Source of the DNA: a virus
Virus record (IMG/VR): IMGVR_UViG_3300029258_001887
Strand: one strand, 5' to 3'
DNA: 64,000 nucleotides
Every line of letters begins with the position of its first letter. Within the stretch, counting starts at the first letter, position 1. The position numbers and the translations under genes are program-made. Under the pieces are notes generated by a model. That model was not told where the DNA came from, ran no database searches, and worked only from the letters and a program-made list of their open reading frames with translations. Below are positions 15,256-23,100 of the stretch, piece by piece.

Positions 15256-15334
15256 TGGCTGATAGCTCAGTTGGTAGAGCAGTGGTAGGGTCGCTCCCTG
15301 CTACGGCGCGCAGGTTCGAGTCCTGCTCAGCCAG
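15256..15334 (+). ncRNA. tRNA-like RNA with non-canonical 9-bp anticodon arm
   Basis: Canonical acceptor, D and T arms; anticodon arm GTGGTAGGG-TCGCT-CCCTGCTAC. Confidence 0.8.
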
Positions 15335-15339
15335 TAGAT

Positions 15340-15412
15340 GTCTCCGTAGTGTTCAACAGTAGCACGCCAGTCTTCCAAACTGGAGGTCTCGGTGCAAATC
15401 CGAGTGGGGACT
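15340..15412 (+). tRNA. tRNA-Gly(TCC), atypical D and T loops
   Basis: CCAGT-CTTCCAA-ACTGG; no GG in D-loop; T-loop TGCAAAT. Confidence 0.85.
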
Positions 15413-15416
15413 TTGG

Positions 15417-15490
15417 GGGCTTGTAGCTCAGTGGAATTAGAGCACCGTCTACGGAACCGGGTGTCGGGAGTTCGAATCTCTCCAGGCCCA
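15417..15490 (+). tRNA. tRNA-Arg(ACG) with 1-nt-short anticodon stem
   Basis: CCGT-CTACGGA-ACCGG. Confidence 0.8.
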
Positions 15491-15498
15491 TTGAAGCA

Positions 15499-15571
15499 GG
15501 GCTTGTAGTTTAGTGGTTAAAACACACGCCTGATAAGCGTGAGATCGCTGGTTCGATTCCAGCCAAGCCCA
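15499..15571 (+). tRNA. tRNA-Ile(GAT)
   Basis: CACGC-CTGATAA-GCGTG. Confidence 0.95.
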
Positions 15572-15638
15572 TAAAGGGGTAACATCGGGTCGATCTTACC
15601 CCATTAACGGGATTTTACCCCATTCCATTACCCCATTG

Positions 15639-15668
15639 TGGATAGAAACACCGTCATTGGTGTATAAA
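15639..15668 (+). promoter_or_regulatory. Promoter variant TGGATA-N18-TATAAA (also GTGTATAAA)
   Basis: Same 18-nt spacing; preceded by TTACCCCATT x3. Confidence 0.55.
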
Positions 15669-15671
15669 CTG

Positions 15672-15866
15672 ATGATGGAAGAAAGAGAAACAGGCATCCC
15701 ATGCTTTGGGTGCGGTCAACGATCGGGTATCGATTGCCCAGGCCGCAGGCCGGATGAGGCCACCCGTTGTAAGGTGTGCTTGGAAGAATTCATGCGGCAG
15801 ATGGACACAGCAGAGCGGGTCATGGAGGAACACAAGGACATGTTGAGAAGGTTGGCAGATTCGTAG
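15672..15866 (+). CDS. Small Zn-finger hypothetical protein
   Basis: CFGC...CKVC. Confidence 0.6.
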   Translation: MMEERETGIPCFGCGQRSGIDCPGRRPDEATRCKVCLEEFMRQMDTAERVMEEHKDMLRRLADS

Positions 15867-15875
15867 GAGCGAGAA

Positions 15876-15947
15876 ATGAAGCTACAACAGCAATCATCCC
15901 AGTCGAGTAGTCAACGGCCTCGTGGCCGTCTGGGGTGGACTGTGTAG
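15876..15947 (+). CDS. Leader peptide C (MKLQQQSSQSSSQRPRGRLGWTV)
   Basis: AGGAG RBS; 10 consecutive Gln/Ser codons; alternative hairpins with downstream terminator. Confidence 0.85.
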   Translation: MKLQQQSSQSSSQRPRGRLGWTV

Positions 15948-15969
15948 ATTCAGGTACACGGAAACACAG

Positions 15970-16005
15970 AACCGGGCGGTCCATGAGGGCTGTCCGGTTT
16001 TTTTT
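15970..16005 (+). terminator. Intrinsic terminator / attenuator C
   Basis: AACCGGGCGGTCC-ATGA-GGGCTGTCCGGTT + T-run, 10 nt before tRNA-Ser. Confidence 0.9.
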
Positions 16006-16014
16006 GTGCGCAGA

Positions 16015-16097
16015 GGAAAGCGCCGCGGAATGGTCTGCAACTCGGTTTGAACCCGAGGGGGGCTGAAAGGCTCGGGGTTCGATTCCTCCGCTTTCCG
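16015..16097 (+). tRNA. tRNA-Ser(TGA), 8/4 cloverleaf
   Basis: 8-bp acceptor GGAAAGCG/CGCTTTCC, 4-bp T-stem, long V arm, G73. Confidence 0.85.
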
Positions 16098-16138
16098 TTA
16101 TCTTGTGGTTCTATGGGGTATATATACACCATAGAATG

Positions 16139-16223
16139 GGGTGGTGAAGTCGCAAGGCGCGGCCACCGGCTGCTAACCGGTTGGGGCTCGCACGAGTCTG
16201 TGGGTCGGGACCACCGCCATCCG
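16139..16223 (+). tRNA. tRNA-Ser(GCT), 8/4 cloverleaf
   Basis: 8-bp acceptor GGGTGGTG/CGCCATCC, T-stem GTGG/CCAC, ACCGG-CTGCTAA-CCGGT, long V arm. Confidence 0.82.
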
Positions 16224-16227
16224 TTGA

Positions 16228-16301
16228 GGGCCGATAGCTCAAGCTGGCAGAGCGTCTGGCTTTGAACCAGGAGGTTGCAAGTTCGAACCTTGCTCGGCCT
16301 G
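16228..16301 (+). tRNA. tRNA-Gln(TTG)
   Basis: TCTGG-CTTTGAA-CCAGG. Confidence 0.93.
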
Positions 16302-16408
16302 TTTTGTACGCAAATGGTGTATAATCCAAGTGAGATGAATCTGCGAAGCCTTCGTTTCTATGTTGACTCGGAATCTTCGTGGCCTTATCAAAAGGAAGAG
16401 GTGAAGTC

Positions 16409-16954
16409 ATGAGTTTGGTAACAGACAACTGGGCAACGAATTTGAATCCAACACCGAAGCCGTTCAAGATGTACAAAACGCTTACGGCAACGGCTGCTTC
16501 TGGAGCGGCTGCGACAGACACACAGAATTTTTTCGTTAAGGACTGCCCGTTTCCGGTCGATGTGATCGGTTTCGAGGTTCACAGCGTCTCTGTATCTGGT
16601 GCTGGTTTCAGTGGCAGTGGGTCTAACCTGACTGTTGCCCTACAGACATCTACGACAGTCGATGCGTCACCGGCAGCGCCGGTATCAGCTTCCTGGGATA
16701 CCCCAGTGAGTGTGAATGCGTCTGGGTATGCGGCAAGTACCGACAGCCTGCTGTTTAGCGCACCGTCTAATTCCGGTGCTGTGCTGCACGCGACCCTCGA
16801 CAAGACCTACGTATCGGTTCCGAAGGGTGGTTCCATGAGGGCAACTCTGTCCGCACAGGCCAAGGACGCTATCGGTTCTGGTACCACTCCGGTTGAGCTT
16901 TTGGCAATCGTCGAGTGTATTCCTACTGAGGTAAAGGATAAGCGATACTTCTAA
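16409..16954 (+). CDS. Probable virion/decoration protein (Ser/Gly/Ala/Thr-rich)
   Basis: GTGTATAAT at 16317; GAGG RBS; beta-rich composition, own terminator. Confidence 0.6.
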   Translation: MSLVTDNWATNLNPTPKPFKMYKTLTATAASGAAATDTQNFFVKDCPFPVDVIGFEVHSVSVSGAGFSGSGSNLTVALQTSTTVDASPAAPVSASWDTPVSVNASGYAASTDSLLFSAPSNSGAVLHATLDKTYVSVPKGGSMRATLSAQAKDAIGSGTTPVELLAIVECIPTEVKDKRYF

Positions 16955-16980
16955 TCTGATCGCGTGAATAGCATCTCTCA

Positions 16981-17010
16981 GGCCGGGGGCGAAAGCTCTC
17001 GGCCTTTTTT
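16981..17010 (+). terminator. Intrinsic terminator
   Basis: GGCCGGGGGC-GAAA-GCTCTCGGCC + T-run. Confidence 0.9.
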
Positions 17011-17074
17011 ATTGTATTTATTATCCTCCACAGATTAATTTTTGTGTATAAATATGTTGTGGGAGGATATAGAT

Positions 17075-17638
17075 ATGCCCAGTAAGAAACAAAGAAAAAA
17101 AATACTAGAAAATGATTGTTGTACAATGTGCGGCAAAAAGAAAAATAATACCAATACTTTATGTGAGTCTTGCCTCGCATATAAACGTAATTGGAACAGA
17201 CAGAAGCGAGCTACATGGCGCAAAAATGGTTTGTGTACATATTGCGGGAAAAATCCAGCACGACCACAGTGGAAAACATGTCAAGAGTGTCATGATAAGC
17301 TTGCGCCAAAAGCGGTTATTAAAAATAGGGAATATAATCTTCGTTGTTTATCTCTGAAGCAACAAAGAAAACAAAGAGTTATGAATCACTATGGAGGTAG
17401 ATGTTTGTGCTGTGGTGAATCATGTCTTGATTTTTTAACCATTGACCATATCCAAGAAAATGGTGCTAAGCATCGGAGACAAATTGCACCAAATCATAGA
17501 GGCAAAGGGCCGGGTGGTGATCTTTTTTATCGATGGCTCGAAAACAATAATTATCCAGTCGGTTTTCAAGTATTATGTTATAACTGTAATATTGGTAAGC
17601 ACAGAAATAACGGTATTTGTCCGCATCAATTGCAATAG
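17075..17638 (+). CDS. Multi-CxxC zinc-finger HNH-like nuclease
   Basis: HYGGRCLCCGE..LTIDHI..G..HR..GFQVLCYNCN; AT-rich; paralog of 459..1223. Confidence 0.75.
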   Translation: MPSKKQRKKILENDCCTMCGKKKNNTNTLCESCLAYKRNWNRQKRATWRKNGLCTYCGKNPARPQWKTCQECHDKLAPKAVIKNREYNLRCLSLKQQRKQRVMNHYGGRCLCCGESCLDFLTIDHIQENGAKHRRQIAPNHRGKGPGGDLFYRWLENNNYPVGFQVLCYNCNIGKHRNNGICPHQLQ

Positions 17639-17718
17639 ATGATTGTGTATAATCACTAGGGATAGGCCATGTGGTAGGATAGTTGGTTTGGTTTGTACCG
17701 AACTAAGGAATTTATAGG

Positions 17719-18801
17719 ATGGATACGAATAATCTGCAAAGATTGATAGCGCGTATAAGCTGGGGATATACCTCCGCGACCGTCAGCACTCAGGATGGTG
17801 AATTGGTATCACTTCTGCTACGCCCACCTACGCCCAAAGAGCAGGCGAAAGCTGCTATGGTCTACTCGACCGAACGCCAGCGCGCTGCTCTGATCGGCCT
17901 ACCTTCCGAAAAAGAAATGCTGGAAAATCTCATCAATCTGGGACGATGGAATGTCGAAACAGAGGAAGAGATTGCTGGACTCGAAAAGGATATCCACACA
18001 ATCCGACGAGGATTGTTGGATTTCTTGTTCAATAAGACAAAGTTGGAACAAGCACGCTCCCTTTTGCGTCGGGCAGAAAAGGCTTTGATTGATCGCCTTT
18101 GCCAGAAACACGAACTGCTTCAGAATAGCGCCGAGGCCCACGCGGAGATTTGTCAACAGCGGTATTTGATCGGTAGAATCACGGAAACTGACGATGGCAA
18201 TCCATTTTGGCCTACCGAGAAGGACTTCGATGATTGCGATGATAACAAACTGATTGCCCAACTGTGTGAATTGTTCTTTCAGAAATCCAGATTGCCCGTT
18301 TCTGTTGTTCGGGAGATTGCGAGATCATCCACCTGGAGATCATACTGGGAAGTCGCCAAAACGTCTCATGAATTGTTCGACGGACCGGTATCTGGATGGT
18401 CTCTGAATCAACGAGAATTGGCTTATTGGTCTACCATATACGACTCTGTTTACGCTGCTTTCGAGAGACCGTCCAAGGACATCATTACAGATGACGATCT
18501 GCTAGACTCTTGGTTCATTCGTCAGGGCGAGAAGATCGAGAGCAAGACGCAAACAGGCATGGCTCCGCAACCACTCAAGCCGGGTCGTAACGAAGAATTC
18601 ATAATGGCTGACAGGGAAGGTGCTCAGCGTGTGTACAATATGAATGATCCTGCTACTCGCGCTAGAATCAAAGCTAAGCAGAAGATGATCAGCCAGCGAG
18701 GAACAGTAAGAGAACAGGACATGCCGGATAGTCAGAACGAAATGAGACAGCAACTAATGGAGAAACAGAGGAAGCATGTCAAGGACATTAGTCGTAGGTA
18801 A
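17719..18801 (+). CDS. Hypothetical protein (tail assembly region)
   Basis: Long ORF after GTGTATAAT (17645), upstream of tape measure. Confidence 0.75.
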   Translation: MDTNNLQRLIARISWGYTSATVSTQDGELVSLLLRPPTPKEQAKAAMVYSTERQRAALIGLPSEKEMLENLINLGRWNVETEEEIAGLEKDIHTIRRGLLDFLFNKTKLEQARSLLRRAEKALIDRLCQKHELLQNSAEAHAEICQQRYLIGRITETDDGNPFWPTEKDFDDCDDNKLIAQLCELFFQKSRLPVSVVREIARSSTWRSYWEVAKTSHELFDGPVSGWSLNQRELAYWSTIYDSVYAAFERPSKDIITDDDLLDSWFIRQGEKIESKTQTGMAPQPLKPGRNEEFIMADREGAQRVYNMNDPATRARIKAKQKMISQRGTVREQDMPDSQNEMRQQLMEKQRKHVKDISRR

Positions 18802-18811
18802 GGGGGTAGGA

Positions 18812-19180
18812 ATGTCTCGGAAAGAGGAAGAACTAGCAGCACTGCGTCGAAGGCAGAAAGAGGCTCACCGTGGACGGATTGCTCAGGATTCACGGGATCG
18901 CCTCAAGAGAATAGCAAGCAAGAAGTTCAGGACTTGCTTCATTTCTGCTTTGGCTGAATTCGAGAATACGTTTGGTTTTGAAGTTTGGGGTCACAATTTA
19001 CCAGAAGAGAGCCTCACCCCAGAACAGAAGGCCAATAGAATACGTTGGGAACAAGTTCGCAAGAACATTCTTGACAAGGGGAATGCCCAAGCGCGTGCCT
19101 TGGGGATGGAAATCGATCTCCACAAGGTCGAATTCGAAGGATACCGGATGGATTTTGGAGGAACAACCGATGGACAGTAA
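18812..19180 (+). CDS. Hypothetical protein
   Basis: ORF in operon. Confidence 0.7.
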   Translation: MSRKEEELAALRRRQKEAHRGRIAQDSRDRLKRIASKKFRTCFISALAEFENTFGFEVWGHNLPEESLTPEQKANRIRWEQVRKNILDKGNAQARALGMEIDLHKVEFEGYRMDFGGTTDGQ

Positions 19181-20114
19181 GAGGATAGTTGTCGATACAG
19201 TGGATGTTGAGGGCAATCCGCTCAAATTGGCGGTACTTCGCCCCACGAACAGAATCAGCCAGGAAGCGAATATGGCATATAATCTACGGATGGCAGAGTT
19301 GATGCGTCGAGGGTCTCAGAATCCTTCGCAGCGGCTTATGCTTCGGGCTGAACTAGAAGAGTATCTCGCCAAGATGGGCGTCTGGACTCTTCGGGATCAG
19401 GCAGAAGTGGAGAAACTGGCGTTGGAAATTCGTGCGCACGAACTGATGCTCAAGAAGGGTGGTATCAAAGTTTCCGAGGGGCGAGCGTTGGCTCTAGAGA
19501 TGGCCGAGAAGCGACAATTGATTCTCGAAAAGCATCATAAGCGGTTGCAGTTTGATTCCGCTACAATTGAGTCTCAGGCCGAGAATTTTCGGTTTGAGTT
19601 TCTGCTTGTCAAATGCTTGGTGTCGGCTGATACCGGCAAGCCATTTTTGCGCAATCATGACGAGTATGTTGAACGGCAGGATGAGCAGGCTATTGTCGAT
19701 TGTGCTGGAGTGCTGGCGAATATGGTGTATGGTATCGATGATAGCGTTCAAAAGAATATGTTTGAGATGAAATGGCTCAAGGACGCTGGCATGATTAACG
19801 ATGATGGACGATATACCAGACCGGACGGGACAATTGTTGACCGTAATGGTCGGCTGATCAATGAGGATGGGCGATATATCGATCGAGAGGGTAATCTGAT
19901 CGATACGTTTGGGCGTCCAGTAGATGAGCATGGCAATCTGTTGGTGGACGACTCAAAGCCATTTATCGATGACGAGACTGGGGAAATGGTGGTGATTGGT
20001 GACATAGGAGTAGTGACTAAAACAAAACCGAAGGCCAAGAAAAAGCAAGCTTCTGCCAAGAAAGGAACGGGCACGAAGAAAAAGAAGAAGACCACCACCA
20101 AGCAGAAGAGTTAG
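19170..20114 (+). CDS. Putative tail assembly chaperone-like protein
   Basis: Immediately upstream of tape measure; short D/N-G-R/N repeats; Lys-rich tail. Confidence 0.55.
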   Translation: MDSKRIVVDTVDVEGNPLKLAVLRPTNRISQEANMAYNLRMAELMRRGSQNPSQRLMLRAELEEYLAKMGVWTLRDQAEVEKLALEIRAHELMLKKGGIKVSEGRALALEMAEKRQLILEKHHKRLQFDSATIESQAENFRFEFLLVKCLVSADTGKPFLRNHDEYVERQDEQAIVDCAGVLANMVYGIDDSVQKNMFEMKWLKDAGMINDDGRYTRPDGTIVDRNGRLINEDGRYIDREGNLIDTFGRPVDEHGNLLVDDSKPFIDDETGEMVVIGDIGVVTKTKPKAKKKQASAKKGTGTKKKKKTTTKQKS

Positions 20115-20127
20115 GAGCGTGATGTAA

Positions 20128-23100
20128 GTGGCATTTGTACTTGATGTTAATCTCAGAATCCAAGAGATTCTCGGTCTGCAAAAGGTCGAGGCTGCTCTTG
20201 GTAAGCTGCAAGGCGCAGTACAAACTGGCGCGGCGGCTGGGGCTGGCGCTGCGGCTGGCGCTGGCGGTGCAAATGCTATGACGAAGGCGGCTAAGACACA
20301 AGCTGCTGCCGCGAATACTCTTGCAGCGGCGCAAAACAATGTAACCTCTTCCACTAACAAAATGAGTGCTGCTCAGGGGAAGGCAGCTTCCAGCACGCAA
20401 CAAGCCTCTGGTGGAATGAAGAAAGCAGGTCAATCTGCTGAGAGCTTTGCTCATTCAGTTAGAATCGCCGGTAGGCGATATGCTGCGTTTGTTACTGCGA
20501 CCGCTGCACCGCTTGCTATCATTGGTGGTCTGACTAAGGCTACGGCATCGGTTATCGAATTTGACACCGCCATGCTGAAGTTACGACAGATTATGGGCCA
20601 GACAGAACAGCAGATCGGTGGCACAAGAGAAACAATTCTTGATCTTGCATCGAGCACTGGTACGGCTGCTAGCGAGATTGCTCGTGTCGGTAAGATTTTG
20701 GCTCAGGCTGGTCAGCGTGGCGATGTACTAACTGAATCATTAACTGCCTTGTCCAAGGTTCCGCTTACGCCGTCTTTCGAGACCATAGACGCTGCTATCG
20801 AAGGTACTATCGCTGCCCTCAACCAGTTTAATAGTGAGGGGCTGACTACAGCCAATGTTCTTGATGTTATGACTGCGCTATCTAACAAGTTTGCTGCATC
20901 ATCAGAGGATATCGCTAAGGGTGTCGCCCGTGGTGGTGCTGCTTTTGAGGCTATTGGTGGTACATTCCAAGAGTTTGCTTCTGTGTTCACTACAATTCGT
21001 CAGGCCACGCGAGAAAGTGCCGAGACGGTCGGTACATTCATGAAGACCATCTCTTCTCGTCTTGCTGATCCGAAAATCGTCAACTTCCTTGAAGGTAAGG
21101 GTATCCGCATCTCTGAGGCTATTGAAGCTGGTAATCCAGTCGAAGCGATTAAGCGGATTGCCGCCACATTAAAAGAAACAGCCAGTATTCAGGATAGAAT
21201 CGAGATAGGTACCAAGCTCGGTGGTAGACGACAGATTTCTCGTTTGCTTGCTTTGATCAGCAACATCGACGTACTGGATGAGGCCCTGAAGACTGCTGCC
21301 GGATCGAGTGGAGAATTCGGCAAGATCGCAGAAGAAGGTTTGAAAGGTCTACAAGCGCAACTTAATATCATGGTTCAAGAGTGGAACAAGCTGGTTCAAT
21401 CATTGGCTGGTCCTGTGTTTGTTCCATTGATCAAAATGGCTACACAGGCAGGCAAGGCTCTTGCCTATATGGCTGATTTCGCCAAGCCAATTATCCCAGC
21501 CCTGACGTATATCGTTGGATTTAGCGCTGCATTCAAACTTTTGGCTGTTTCTATCACCAGCGCTGGTAAGGCATTGGCCTTTATGGGCACAGTCGGTCGG
21601 ACTGTCGGCGGTGGACTTGCTGCTACTGCTGCTGCCGCTCAGGGTATGGCGCTTGGTGCTGGGGCTGCTGGCGGTGCTGCCGGGGCCACAGCTAGAGAAA
21701 GAGTCCAACGACGTTTGGCTGGTGGCGTTGGGGTGAGCGCTGGTGGCGCTGCTGCTGCCGGGGCTGCGGGCGGGAGACTAACTGGTCTTCGAGGCGCTGC
21801 CGCCACCTCGCCAATGGCTGCTTTGGCTGCATTTGGTGCCATAACTCTCGTAGCTGACAAATTCTCCGACTCTTTAGAAAAAGCTGGTAGTTCAACTGGG
21901 GTATTTGCTGCGGAAACCGCTAAGGCCATCGGTATTATCGGATTGGCTGCTACTGTTCTGTCGGGCAAAGGTCTTGCAGGTGCAATTACAGGCGTTGTAG
22001 GAGCACTTGGGTCATTCGGTGCCGCTCTTGCTGCTGCCGTCGCAGTTTTGGGTGCATTTACATACGCGGCGACCAAAGCTGTTGACATAGACGTACAAGG
22101 TATCCTAGATGCGGCTGCTAAAAAAGTCGGCGAGATACAAGTATCACCTGGGCAACTGGAGACGCAAGAGGGTCTTCAGCAGGTCACAGGAGAAGTGGGC
22201 CTGGAGGCTATCAAGGCTATTCAAGAATCTGCCGAAAGATATGGAGAGGGGATTAGCGGTTTCTTGGCCAGCACCTATGAACGTGTCAAGAATTTGTTCC
22301 AAGGCGAAGGCTTGATGACCATCAGCGATGCTGACGCGCAGCAAATGATTGAGGATATTGTCGGCAACAATCCAGAATTGCTCAATCAGGTTCTTCGGTC
22401 TGCTATCGAGCAATTTGGTGCTGGAGGTTTGGAAGCTGGCATCGATCAGATGTTGTCAGAATCCTTTGGTGGCAACGTAGAAGTTGCTGCTCGTATCCGT
22501 CAGGCTATGATTAAGCAGCTTGGCGGCATGGAGCAAATCGCTACCAATATCGAGCAAGTACGGATTGATGCAGAGGTGACCAAACTTGGTAATGCCATTG
22601 CCAAGGCTTCGAAAGATTTCGAGACACTACATGTTCCCGCACAGATTAGTACCGAACTTGGTCTACTGAGTGACGCAGTGGGTAACGCAGCCCGCGCCAT
22701 TGAGACCAATGTCACTATGTTTGATCGGTTGAGTCAAGTTATTGGTCAGGATGTTGGCATCGCAAAACCAGGAACAGAGTTCAGTAGAGAGGCTGTTGAA
22801 CAATTGGTGCGAACTGGTGACATAGGCGACCTATTAGACCTGAGCCAGTTCGAAGGGCTGGATGCATTTACTACGGATATGGCCCAAGTCGGCAAGGCTC
22901 TTGATGACTTTATGAAATCGATTATAAAGAGTAAGGCCAACGCCGATTCACTGCGTTCGTTGTTGAGTGATCCACAGGTTGACCCATTTGATGTGCTGGA
23001 TGACTATATCGACAAGTTCATGGCTGAGTACCCAGAGCAGATTCCGCCTGAAGCGGAGGCGGCTTTCAAGGCGGCTGCGGCAGGTTTGGGTCAGCAATTG

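Noticed and set aside
16015-16097. tRNA-Sec
   Set aside because: Anticodon is TGA (Ser), not TCA, and the T-stem is 4 bp rather than 5.
16335-16412. 25-aa uORF as another attenuator leader
   Set aside because: Overlaps the next start codon (ATGA) but has no terminator or antiterminator; at most translational coupling.
18812-20114. Programmed G/GT tail-chaperone frameshift before the tape measure
   Set aside because: Each ORF has its own start/RBS and I found no convincing slippery heptamer at the junctions.
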